In this document: piece by piece, positions 36,111 through 44,822 of the stretch | Position numbering within the stretch: position 1 is the stretch's first letter | Layout: every line of letters begins with the position of its first letter | DNA from: Candidatus Woesearchaeota archaeon | Lineage (GTDB): Archaea > Nanobdellota > Nanobdellia > Woesearchaeales > WJKV01 | Direction of reading: 5' to 3' | NCBI GenBank assembly: GCA_019323495.1 | Contig: JAHWHE010000027.1 | Span: 1-48,607, forward strand | Length of the DNA stretch: 48,607 bases | Position numbers and translations under genes: made by a program | The notes under the pieces: generated by a model | Told to the model about the DNA's origin: nothing | Databases searched by the model: none | The model's input: the letters and a program-made list of their open reading frames with translations, nothing else

Positions 36111-37277
36111 TTATTCTTCTAGTTCTTCCTCGCTGACTTCTTCTTTTTCTTTTGCCTGCTCTTCCATCATTTCTTTTTCAATAGAATTGTACACCAGACT
36201 AATAACGTCAGTAAGCTTGATTTTTTTCTGCTCAGCAGCAGGAGCCAAATTGCTCCAGCAGTTGATGCATTCCACACCTAGATAATTTGTCTTGACATGT
36301 TCCAATTTTTTTGCCTGCATCGTTTGCAAGGCATCCAGATCATGCTCCCCCCGAAGGAATCCGCAGCACATGCAAAGGCCTTTGTCTTGCGGAATGTCGA
36401 CAATCGTGCATATTTTGTCGAGCAATTTCCTCGGCATCATTCGCTTATTCTCCTTCCTGCTTAATATGCATGAATCATGGAATGTGATCCTGCTCTTCTC
36501 TCCTTTGAGCTTTAATTTTGCGACATTGTCCAGCAGCCATTCAGTCGCGGTCTTCAAGACAAAATTTAACCCCCAGTATCTCTGCAAGTTTTTCATTGCT
36601 TCGTAATCTTCTCCGGTAATCGTAACTATAATTGTAGGATTCACTTTCAATACTGCATCATAAAGCACGTCATGCATTTTATCCGCAGCATCCAGCAGTC
36701 CTGCATAATAATGCTGTATTCCGTTGCTGTATTTGTATCCCGCGAGCACTTCATATTCAGCGCCTATGTAATCTGCGATCGCAGTCAATTTATGCTGCGC
36801 CAATGACGGAGAGTATACAGAGTCTCCGAAATAGAACAATAGCGGCGTTTCCTTGAAACTGCTCTTGTCAATGTGTTTTTTCAATGAGCCTGCGATGGGG
36901 TCCAGTTTCTTGAGCGCAAAGTATTTCCCTATTTTTTCAAAGAACGAAAGTTTGCTTCCTTTGTATTTCAATGCATTCTTATAGCCTTTTGGCAGAGTAT
37001 TGCTCAGTCTTGCTTTAAGCCAGAGCATCATCAACTCCCTGTGGCAGTCAGCAGGGCAGTTAGCTCCGCACGCCCCGCACTGTATGCACTTCTGGGCAAA
37101 TTCAATTGTCTTTGCAGTAGGCATGCTTTTTTTGTGCGTAGCGTAATTCAAGCTTCTAACTAGCATGGAATCGGATTCTGGCAAGCGGCAGACCTTCATG
37201 CATTTACCGCAACCAGTACATTGTTTAAGAAAGTCTTCAACCTCGTTTTCAAGTTTTTCTTTGAACATCTGCCTCAC
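36111..37277 (-). CDS. HdrD/GlpC-like Fe-S oxidoreductase (two 4Fe-4S motifs plus CCG domains)
   Basis: CTGCGKCMKVC and CIQCGACGANCP cluster motifs. Cys-rich CCG-type motif GLCMCCGF. There is a 1-nt gap to the downstream FAD oxidoreductase. Confidence 0.75.
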   Translation of the reverse strand: MRQMFKEKLENEVEDFLKQCTGCGKCMKVCRLPESDSMLVRSLNYATHKKSMPTAKTIEFAQKCIQCGACGANCPADCHRELMMLWLKARLSNTLPKGYKNALKYKGSKLSFFEKIGKYFALKKLDPIAGSLKKHIDKSSFKETPLLFYFGDSVYSPSLAQHKLTAIADYIGAEYEVLAGYKYSNGIQHYYAGLLDAADKMHDVLYDAVLKVNPTIIVTITGEDYEAMKNLQRYWGLNFVLKTATEWLLDNVAKLKLKGEKSRITFHDSCILSRKENKRMMPRKLLDKICTIVDIPQDKGLCMCCGFLRGEHDLDALQTMQAKKLEHVKTNYLGVECINCWSNLAPAAEQKKIKLTDVISLVYNSIEKEMMEEQAKEKEEVSEEELEE

Positions 37278-37382
37278 AACACCTCTTTGTTACCAACAAG
37301 TGATTAGGACCTGTTGTTTTTAAGCAATATCATTGAATCATATTTTATACTATATAAGCTTTTTTGTTCAAAAACCTCTAAA

Positions 37383-37390
37383 TTTATATA
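37383..37390 (+). promoter_or_regulatory. Archaeal TATA box for the ferredoxin / two-subunit OFOR operon
   Basis: AAATTTATATA lies about 57 nt upstream of ATG 37444. The predicted leader of about 30 nt contains GGGGGTGA (37428-37435). Confidence 0.45.
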
Positions 37391-37443
37391 TTAATTAATG
37401 TTAAACAAAACATAATATCTGACCTGTGGGGGTGAATATATAT

Positions 37444-37665
37444 ATGGCAAAATATAAGATAGAGCACGACAGAGCTGGCTGTATTGGCTGTGGTGCGTGT
37501 GCTAGAGCTTGCCCTGAGAACTGGGTCATGGCCCCAGATGGTAAAAGCAAATGCAAAAAAACCGCGATAACAGATAAGGAATACCCATCAAACAAGAAAG
37601 CTGCTGATGGCTGCCCTGTCAATGTGATTCACATAAAGGATGAAAAAGGCAAAAAGATAATTTAA
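37444..37665 (+). CDS. Small ferredoxin
   Basis: CIGCGACARACP motif plus a distal CP. ATG 37444 follows the GGGGGTGA SD. The track start at 37426 is GTG within the SD. Confidence 0.75.
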   Translation: MAKYKIEHDRAGCIGCGACARACPENWVMAPDGKSKCKKTAITDKEYPSNKKAADGCPVNVIHIKDEKGKKII

Positions 37666-37681
37666 GAGAAATCAAATAACA

Positions 37682-39661
37682 ATGAATAGAGACAGTTTAG
37701 TCTGGATGATTGGGGGCGAAGCAGGCTACGGCATTATGACCGCGGGCATGTTGTTTGCCAAGACTTGTACCAGAAGTGGGTACCATGTATTCTGTAACAC
37801 AGAGTATCCTTCCTTGATAAGAGGAGGACACAACACTTTCAGGACTACGGTGAGCAATGAGAAATTGTATGCTCATCATGAAGTCATTGACATTCTGATT
37901 GCCTTGAACAAAGATGCATTGGAGCTTCATTCTGACTCAGTAGGGAAGAACGGCATTGTTGTCTATGACGGAGAAGAGATAAAATTAAGAAGAAAGGAAT
38001 TAAGGAAGAATGTCAACCTTGTTTCTGTGCCTTTCTTGAAGCTTGCAGGAAAATTCGGAACAGAATTGCTAAGGAACACAGTGGCGATAGGCGCGTCAAT
38101 AGCTTTGCTTGACCTGGATTTCGTATTCTTGCGGGATTTGATAAGAGACAAGTTCAAGAATAAGGGCGCGATGGTCGTGAATGAAAACCTGAAAGCTGCA
38201 AAAGCTGCGTACGATTATGTCAAAGACAATTACAAGGAATATTCTTTTTCCCTCAAACAGGAAGAAGAACAGCAACAACATTATCAAAAACCAAGGCAGA
38301 TGCTTGTGACAGGCAATGAGGCGATCGCGATAGGCGCTGTAAAAGCCGGCTGCAAATTTTATTCTGCTTATCCTATGACTCCTGCGTCGCACATCCTGCA
38401 CTACATGTCAGAGCACGAACTGGACACTAATATGGTTGTCAAGCAGACAGAGGACGAGATAGCTGCCATAAACATGGCGCTCGGCGCGGCATTCACAGGA
38501 GTGAGGGCTATGACCGCAACAAGCGGGGGAGGCTTCTCATTGATGGTAGAGGGATTGGGCCTTGCAGGGATCACAGAGACTCCTTTGGTTATTATCGAAT
38601 GCCAAAGACCTGGCCCGAGCACAGGCCTGCCGACGAGGACAGAACAGGCAGATTTGAAATTCTTGATCAATGCATCGCAGGGAGAATTCCCAAGAGTGGT
38701 CCTTGCACCAGGTGATGTGGAAGAATGCTTCAGCAAAACATTCGAAGCGTTCAACATAGCAGAACAGTTCCAGCTTCCTGTCTTGATATTGTCAGACAAA
38801 TTATTGTCAGAAAGCGCGATCACTGCGCTGCCTTTTGATACTGAAAAGGAGATTGACAGGGGCCAGCTCGCAGAAGAGAACGAGCTGAGAAGGGACAAGG
38901 ATTTCAAGCGCTATGCTGTTACAAAAACAGGCATAAGCCCTAGGACCCTGCCAGGTACAAGATACGGCATGTTCACCACGACAGGAAACGAGCACAATGA
39001 AATTGGCTTGATTGTCGAGACAAAAGAGAACAGGAACAAGCAGATGGACAAGAGGGCGAGGAAACTGGAATTATTGTCAGAGAAGCTTCCAAAGCCGGAA
39101 TTGCTCGGCCCAAAGAAAGCAGACGCAACAATCATCTGCTGGGGAAGCACAAAAGGCCCTGTCAGGGAAGCTATGAAGATGTTCGAGAAGAATGGTATGG
39201 AAGTCAATCTCTTGCACATATTATATTTGCATCCGTTCCCTGCAGAAGCGGTTTCAGAGATAATAAAGAACGCAGAGAAAACTATCGTGGTAGAAGGGAA
39301 CCAAAGCAGCCAACTGTCATACTTGATAAAAGCAAATACAGGTCTTGATGTCGGCCATAAGATTCTTAGGTACGACGGCAGGCCGTTTAATCCGACCGGC
39401 CTTTTCAATGAGATAAGGCAGCTGGTCAAGCTTAAGCCAAAGAAGGCTGTGCCTGCAAAGATCGAAATCAAGAAGAAGACAAAAGAGATTACGAAAAAGA
39501 AGAAGATCCTGTCAAGACCGGCAAAAGGCCTGAAGAAAAAGATCAAGAAACAGAAGCTGAGAGCAAAGAAAGCAAAACCTAAAACAAAGAAACCAAAAAT
39601 TAAAGCGAAAAAGATCAAGACAAAAAAACAGCTAAAGAAAAAGACTAAGAGAAGGAGATGA
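37682..39661 (+). CDS. 2-oxoacid:ferredoxin oxidoreductase fused gamma-alpha subunit with a Lys-rich C-terminal tail
   Basis: The N-terminal gamma-like domain (GGEAGYGIMTAG) is followed by alpha motifs (GNEAIAIGAVKAGCKFYSAYPMTPAS, TEDEIAAINMALGA, MTATSGGGFSLM, QRPGPSTGLPT). The last 78 aa are mostly K, R and P. Confidence 0.9.
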   Translation: MNRDSLVWMIGGEAGYGIMTAGMLFAKTCTRSGYHVFCNTEYPSLIRGGHNTFRTTVSNEKLYAHHEVIDILIALNKDALELHSDSVGKNGIVVYDGEEIKLRRKELRKNVNLVSVPFLKLAGKFGTELLRNTVAIGASIALLDLDFVFLRDLIRDKFKNKGAMVVNENLKAAKAAYDYVKDNYKEYSFSLKQEEEQQQHYQKPRQMLVTGNEAIAIGAVKAGCKFYSAYPMTPASHILHYMSEHELDTNMVVKQTEDEIAAINMALGAAFTGVRAMTATSGGGFSLMVEGLGLAGITETPLVIIECQRPGPSTGLPTRTEQADLKFLINASQGEFPRVVLAPGDVEECFSKTFEAFNIAEQFQLPVLILSDKLLSESAITALPFDTEKEIDRGQLAEENELRRDKDFKRYAVTKTGISPRTLPGTRYGMFTTTGNEHNEIGLIVETKENRNKQMDKRARKLELLSEKLPKPELLGPKKADATIICWGSTKGPVREAMKMFEKNGMEVNLLHILYLHPFPAEAVSEIIKNAEKTIVVEGNQSSQLSYLIKANTGLDVGHKILRYDGRPFNPTGLFNEIRQLVKLKPKKAVPAKIEIKKKTKEITKKKKILSRPAKGLKKKIKKQKLRAKKAKPKTKKPKIKAKKIKTKKQLKKKTKRRR

Positions 39662-39665
39662 ATAA

Positions 39666-40520
39666 ATGCCGACAATAAATGAATTGAACACAATCGCGCA
39701 GCCCAACTGGTGCCCTGGTTGCGGCAACTTTGGAATACTCATGGCTTTGAAGAATGCGATTGTTCAATTGAATATTCCTAATGAAAACATCCTTCTAGTC
39801 AGCGGCATAGGCTGCAGCGGAAAGCTTCCGCATTGGATCAAGCTTTACGGCTTCCACGGAATCCATGGAAGAGCATTGCCTGTTGCAACAGGAGCTAAGC
39901 TTGCAAACCACAAGCTTACTGTAATCGCGCATGTAGGAGACGGCGATTGCTACAGCATCGGCACCAATCACTTTATTCATGCTGCACGAAGAAACATCAA
40001 CATCACTTGCCTGACGCACAACAATCAGATTTACGGCCTTACAAAAGGACAAGCAGGACCTACGAGCGATAAAGGTATGAAAACAAAAACCACGCCAAGA
40101 GGAAATATCGAGACGCCTATCAATCCGTTGACGCTTGCGTTGACAACAGGAGCTACTTTTGTAGCAAGAGCATATGCAGGCGATGTAGAACATCTTGCAT
40201 CCTTGATAGTGAGCGCGGTCAAGCACAAGGGATTCGCGATAGTCGACATACTCCAGCCCTGCGTTACGTTCAATAAGGTGAATACGTTTGATTGGTACAA
40301 GAAACGGGTCTACAAGCTCGACAAGAAGTATGATCCTGCAAACAAAGAAGAGGCGTACAAAAAAGCTCTTGAATGGGGCAAAAAGATACCTATAGGAATT
40401 ATCTATCAGGAAAAGAAGCCAAGTTACGAAGAAGAATTGCTGCAATTAAAGAAATTGCCTTTGGTAAAACACAGTATAACCAATATCAACATCAAGCCTT
40501 TCATTGAAGAATTCATGTAA
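39666..40520 (+). CDS. 2-oxoacid:ferredoxin oxidoreductase beta subunit (TPP-binding)
   Basis: WCPGCGNFGIL, SGIGCSGK, GDGDCYSIGTNH and NNQIYGLTKGQ motifs. Confidence 0.9.
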   Translation: MPTINELNTIAQPNWCPGCGNFGILMALKNAIVQLNIPNENILLVSGIGCSGKLPHWIKLYGFHGIHGRALPVATGAKLANHKLTVIAHVGDGDCYSIGTNHFIHAARRNINITCLTHNNQIYGLTKGQAGPTSDKGMKTKTTPRGNIETPINPLTLALTTGATFVARAYAGDVEHLASLIVSAVKHKGFAIVDILQPCVTFNKVNTFDWYKKRVYKLDKKYDPANKEEAYKKALEWGKKIPIGIIYQEKKPSYEEELLQLKKLPLVKHSITNINIKPFIEEFM

Positions 40521-40540
40521 TCTGTAAAACTCTATCTTAG

Positions 40541-41557
40541 GTGTCCAAGATTATTGAAGCGCAATTTTATCAAAAATTAGAAAATAAAACTGTCCAATGC
40601 ATGATTTGCCCGAAATCTTGCAGGATACAGGACAGGAAAAGAGGTTTCTGTAGAGTTAGGGAAAATCAGGACGGAAAACTGTTTTCTTTAGTATACGGCA
40701 GGCCTTCGAGCGCAGGCATTGATCCTATCGAGAAAAAACCGCTTTATCATTTTCATCCTGGATCATTGACATATTCTATCTCGACTGTCGGCTGCAACTT
40801 CGCCTGCCAGCACTGCCTGAACTGGCAGATCAGCCAGGCAAGCCCAGAGGATCTTCCGTCAATTGACATGCCGCCTGAAAAAGTTGTTGAGAATGCAGTA
40901 AAAGAAGGATGCAAGATCATTGCGTTCACTTACATTGAGCCTGTCATGTTCTACGAATACATGCTCGACATAATAAAATCTGCAAAAAAAGAAAAATTAA
41001 AAACAGTAATTGTGACGAACGGTTTTGTGAATCCAGAGCCTGCAAAGAAATTGTACAGCAAGCTGGACGCCGCCAACGTGGACATCAAGGGATTCACAGA
41101 AGAATTCTATAGAAAGATTTGTGCGGGCGAGCTGGAGCCTGTGCTTGATACATTGAAGATTATAAAGAAGCAGGACTGCTGGCTTGAGATGACGAATCTT
41201 ATAATCCCTACATTAAATGACGACTTGACAAAGATAAAAGAGATGTGCGAATGGATAAAGACTAATCTTTCTGATTCAACACCTTTGCATTTCAGCAGAT
41301 TCTTTCCTCATTATAAATTGACTGGTCTGCCTCCGACGCCTATCAACACCTTGCAGAACGCATACAAGATTGCAAAAGACATTGGTTTGAAATTCGTGTA
41401 TCTCGGCAACATCCCTCAGGGCGAACAGGAATACACTGTCTGCCCTAGATGCAAGGAAGTTCTGATTCAAAGAAGCAGTTTTTTTGAAGTTCTTGAAAAC
41501 AATGTCAGGAAAGGGCAGTGCAAATTCTGCGGAGAAAAGATTGACGGGGTTTTTTGA
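40541..41557 (+). CDS. amrS: AmmeMemoRadiSam-system-type radical SAM enzyme (PflA-like activase fold)
   Basis: N-terminal CMICPKSCRI..GFCRVR, IDPIEKKPLYHF, radical SAM CNFACQHC, and a C-terminal CPRC...CKFC. GTG start. Confidence 0.8.
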   Translation: MSKIIEAQFYQKLENKTVQCMICPKSCRIQDRKRGFCRVRENQDGKLFSLVYGRPSSAGIDPIEKKPLYHFHPGSLTYSISTVGCNFACQHCLNWQISQASPEDLPSIDMPPEKVVENAVKEGCKIIAFTYIEPVMFYEYMLDIIKSAKKEKLKTVIVTNGFVNPEPAKKLYSKLDAANVDIKGFTEEFYRKICAGELEPVLDTLKIIKKQDCWLEMTNLIIPTLNDDLTKIKEMCEWIKTNLSDSTPLHFSRFFPHYKLTGLPPTPINTLQNAYKIAKDIGLKFVYLGNIPQGEQEYTVCPRCKEVLIQRSSFFEVLENNVRKGQCKFCGEKIDGVF

Positions 41558-41855
41558 ACAGGTATATGGTGTTGTGAAGCGCATTCCTAGAGGCAGGGTA
41601 GTCACTTACGGCCAGATCGCGCAGCATCTTGGAAAGCCTGGCTCAAGCAGGCAGGTTGGGTGGGCGCTGCACGCAAACAAGGACATCGAGAAGATACCTT
41701 GCAGGCGTGTCGTCAACAGGTTCGGAGGATGCGCAAAAGGATTTGCAGGCGGCGGTGAGAAAAGGCAGAGAGAACTGCTCGAGAATGAAGGGATTGTTTT
41801 CGAAAAAGACAGCACAATAAATCTTAAGAAATATGGCTGGAAAATAAGGACATAA
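41541..41855 (+). CDS. Minimal MGMT-family (alkyltransferase DNA-binding domain) protein
   Basis: VYGVVKRIPRGRVVTYGQIA, SRQVGWAL and IPCRRVV (PCHR-like site with Cys retained and His replaced by Arg). The start is uncertain. TTG 41541 follows GGAG and overlaps the amrS end. The track ORF begins at 41484. Confidence 0.65.
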   Translation: MTGFFEQVYGVVKRIPRGRVVTYGQIAQHLGKPGSSRQVGWALHANKDIEKIPCRRVVNRFGGCAKGFAGGGEKRQRELLENEGIVFEKDSTINLKKYGWKIRT

Positions 41856-41859
41856 AAAT

Positions 41860-43443
41860 CTAATAATCAGGTTCGTCTTCTTCCTTGAATAGCTCTGGAT
41901 TCTGTTTTTCAATATCCTCATCAAGAAGCTCGTCGACAAAACTCTTTGTTTTCTGGACCTTGTATTTCTTCCGCCGTTTCTTTGGCTTCTCTGGCGTCTT
42001 TATTTTTTCAATCACAACTTCTGGTTCTTTTTGTTTCAGTTCAGGTTTTGCTTCTTCTTTAGAAATAGTTTCAGCAGGCTTTTCTTCTGCTGGCTTTGCT
42101 GTTTTTTTCTGTTTCTTTGGTGCGGCCTTTTTCTGCTTTTTTGGCTTGCTTTCCTTAGGCGCTTTCGCAGCCTTTTTCTCTTTTGCTGAATCAGGCTTTT
42201 TTTCTTCTACTGGAGGCGCTTTTTCTTGCGTTTTTTCTGCTTTCTCTTCTGTTTGTTCTTTTTTTTCCTCTGGAGTTTCTGCTTCGATTTTTTTTTTTGA
42301 TTCTGATTTTTTCTTGGATTTCTTCTCTTTTGTCTCGTCCCTTTTTCCCCTGAACAGGATTATCAAGATGATAAATATGATGATGACGACAATGATTACT
42401 TTGACAGGGCTCCTTTTAGCCCCTTCTTCTTGGTCAGGTGCGACTTCTTTTTCCTTTTCTTCAGGCTCTATGATGGGTTCAGTGGTAGTGCTCCTGCTGA
42501 CAATCACAACATCTTTTGGCTTGTCTCCGATAGAAATGAAATCCTTTTCATTATTCTTTATGTCGATAAGCTCAAGCCCTTCTTCTTTTACAACAATGAG
42601 TGCGCCGTCTGCAAAATCCATGCCAAACGCTTCGCCATCTAAAGGAATGGTCAATGTAACTTCGTTCTTGGTAAGATCTATGACTTGTATTGCAGAAGAA
42701 TCTTCATCTCCGTTCGCGCTGAGCAATGCCAGCCTGTTTCCCACAATGAGTTCATTATTGATATTTGTGTTCATGGTGTCCAGGTTGTCTGGCAGGAACC
42801 TGTTCTTCTCCATATCCAGCTTTATTATCTTGTTGTATTTCGTGTCGACAATGTATGCGATTTTTCCGTCCGAAGAAATCGCAATGTCTCCCGGACTGGT
42901 CAAAATAGTGGGATCTTTGATAGTATCTATTACTCTTTTTGTTTCCCTGTCAATAACATCTATAGAGCTGTCTGCCAGATTTGTGATATAAGCTCTTTCG
43001 TTTGTAAATGCAATGCCGATAGGAACTTCGCCGACTTCTATTGTTTTGTTCCCTACCAAATTTACTAGATCAATGACATGAATCTTGTTCGATTGGCTGC
43101 TGGCAACGTATGCTTCAAGGCCGTCAGGCGTAATCTGTACTCCGATTGGTTCGTCTGCAACCTTGATCTTTTTTATCTGTTTTAGATTTTCTATATCTAT
43201 TATAGAAATGCTGCCTTCTTTTGTATTTGTCACGACCGCGAGTTTCTTGTCAGGCGTTATCGAGATTTTGTTAGGTCCTTCCCCTACCTTTATCTTTTTT
43301 GTTTCCCCGCTGTATATATCAAGATGGCTGACGCTGTTGTCTGCGAATCTTGTAACCAATACCTCTACTGCAGAAGCAGAAGCTATTAATGACATGGTGA
43401 AAATAAGCATAATTGCAATTAATATTAGTAATTTGTTCCTCAT
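41860..43443 (-). CDS. Surface YVTN-type beta-propeller repeat protein with a TM anchor and a long Lys/Glu-rich cytoplasmic tail
   Basis: Signal peptide and repeated blocks (GP..I.ITPD...AYV.N....SI.VID). TM segment VKVIIVVIIIFIILIILF, then a 163-aa K/E/P-rich tail. GGAGGT SD. Confidence 0.8.
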   Translation of the reverse strand: MRNKLLILIAIMLIFTMSLIASASAVEVLVTRFADNSVSHLDIYSGETKKIKVGEGPNKISITPDKKLAVVTNTKEGSISIIDIENLKQIKKIKVADEPIGVQITPDGLEAYVASSQSNKIHVIDLVNLVGNKTIEVGEVPIGIAFTNERAYITNLADSSIDVIDRETKRVIDTIKDPTILTSPGDIAISSDGKIAYIVDTKYNKIIKLDMEKNRFLPDNLDTMNTNINNELIVGNRLALLSANGDEDSSAIQVIDLTKNEVTLTIPLDGEAFGMDFADGALIVVKEEGLELIDIKNNEKDFISIGDKPKDVVIVSRSTTTEPIIEPEEKEKEVAPDQEEGAKRSPVKVIIVVIIIFIILIILFRGKRDETKEKKSKKKSESKKKIEAETPEEKKEQTEEKAEKTQEKAPPVEEKKPDSAKEKKAAKAPKESKPKKQKKAAPKKQKKTAKPAEEKPAETISKEEAKPELKQKEPEVVIEKIKTPEKPKKRRKKYKVQKTKSFVDELLDEDIEKQNPELFKEEDEPDY

Positions 43444-43565
43444 CTTAAACCTCCAATAACCTCTCTTTTTCCGATTTTATGGAGTTCGCAATACAATATA
43501 TAAATTTTTTCATTTTTTTAACTTCTTAATGACAAAGAAAATAATTACCTATCGGAGACTAACGA

Positions 43566-44216
43566 CTATTTGTTTTTCTTGACTTTTTTCTTCAGTCTTT
43601 CAAGAATTCTTCCTTTTTTCAGCTTTTCAATCGCTGCAGCAACAGGCTCGACATGCTGTCCGACAGGAAACAGGTCTTTTTCTTCATGCCGTGTGCCGTA
43701 TTTTCCAAAATAAGTGAGATCGTCCAGTCTGAATCTGCTCGGTGCAGGAACCTTCTCATCTGCATGGCCTAATGTAATTATTCCCTGCGGCCTTGCGTTG
43801 TCTGGGATATCTAAGTCTCTTTTCAACTGTCCTTCATCAAAAGCTCCAACAAAACAGGTTGCAAGCCCCAAAGATTCAGCAGCTAGCAGCATGCTCATTG
43901 CAGCCATTGCACAGTCCTGGACAACGTACAGTCTTTCTCCTCTTACGCCGTAGGTCTGGCTCGACCTTGACAAGGATGCGCAAATCACGATGTGGACAGG
44001 TGCAGTCTCCATCCATAATTGGTTGAAAGCTGCATTCGCTATCTTATTTTTTGTTTCTGGATCTTTTACAACAATGAATCTCCAAGATTGCAGGTTGCCT
44101 GCAGAAGGAGCATGATGGCCTGCATTCAATATCTTGGCCACTTTGTCCCATTCAATAGGGTCGGGCCTGTATTTTCGTATGCTTCTCCTCTTTTTTATCA
44201 GCTCATAAACGTCCAT
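43566..44216 (-). CDS. Nitroreductase family protein
   Basis: RRSIRKY, AGHHAPSAGNLQSWRFIVV and other motifs typical of the NADH oxidase/flavin reductase (nitroreductase) fold. Confidence 0.88.
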   Translation of the reverse strand: MDVYELIKKRRSIRKYRPDPIEWDKVAKILNAGHHAPSAGNLQSWRFIVVKDPETKNKIANAAFNQLWMETAPVHIVICASLSRSSQTYGVRGERLYVVQDCAMAAMSMLLAAESLGLATCFVGAFDEGQLKRDLDIPDNARPQGIITLGHADEKVPAPSRFRLDDLTYFGKYGTRHEEKDLFPVGQHVEPVAAAIEKLKKGRILERLKKKVKKNK

Positions 44217-44239
44217 AAGAGTGATGATATTGTTTTTAC

Positions 44240-44246
44240 TTATAAA
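44240..44246 (-). promoter_or_regulatory. Archaeal TATA box for the leaderless nitroreductase gene
   Basis: The minus strand reads AAATTTATAAG, centred about 27 nt upstream of the ATG at 44216. Confidence 0.45.
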
Positions 44247-44300
44247 TTTATCTCAAATAGAAAACCTTAAATAGGTAGTATCACTGAATTCACAGTTTCA

Positions 44301-44822
44301 ATGGCAATTACAAAGAAAATAGCAACAATTGGGATAAAGAGGGAGCCTGGTTTTCTGTATTTTATTGACAAGAATGGGAATGTCTGTTGCACTCTCGCTA
44401 AAAAGTTCAAGTCCCAGAAAGAAAAAGGCATCGATATTGTTGCAAATGCAAAGATAAGCAAAAAACAAGGCTGCATGTACTATGTTGATAAGGACGGGGA
44501 TGTGTGCGAAGTACAGATGAGCAGGAACGGCGCAAAGAAAAAGAAAAGAACAGAGAAAGCAAAGGCAGACATAAAATACATAGTGTATGAGCAGAACGGA
44601 AAGATGCGCCTGTTCAGGTCAAAGAAACTATTTCTCGCAGAGAACGGGCGAAACTTTGAAATCAGCGAGCCAGTGATAGAAAACAAACAGTACGGTGTCT
44701 GGCTGACATACGAGGCAAAAAGATCTACACGCTATAAGAAAACAAAGAAGTTCGTGAAATTAGCAAAACCTGCGAAGAATATCCGGTTGGTTAACAAAAT
44801 TCCTAAGAAGTACAGTTATTGA
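44301..44822 (+). CDS. Hypothetical basic protein with a duplicated N-terminal motif
   Basis: GFLYFIDKNGNVC and GCMYYVDKDGDVC repeats, followed by a Lys-rich region. No family recognised. Confidence 0.65.
   Translation: MAITKKIATIGIKREPGFLYFIDKNGNVCCTLAKKFKSQKEKGIDIVANAKISKKQGCMYYVDKDGDVCEVQMSRNGAKKKKRTEKAKADIKYIVYEQNGKMRLFRSKKLFLAENGRNFEISEPVIENKQYGVWLTYEAKRSTRYKKTKKFVKLAKPAKNIRLVNKIPKKYSY

Noticed and set aside
37290-37330. An imperfect inverted repeat, CAACAAG..(about 9 nt)..CCTGTTG, followed by TTTTT, in the divergent Hdr-like/ferredoxin spacer.
   Set aside because: The stem is only 7 bp with a mismatch. It sits at the 5' side of both flanking genes, so a terminator role makes no sense. 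Support is too weak to call an operator.
38911-39693. A 260-aa minus-strand ORF rich in Phe.
   Set aside because: It is antisense to the OFOR alpha subunit and its poly-Lys tail. It is a shadow ORF with no start signals.
41885-42991. A 368-aa plus-strand ORF rich in Ser and Phe.
   Set aside because: It is antisense to the well-supported YVTN and Lys-rich-tail gene. Its composition is simply the reverse-complement reading of AAG/GAA-rich codons, so it is a shadow ORF.
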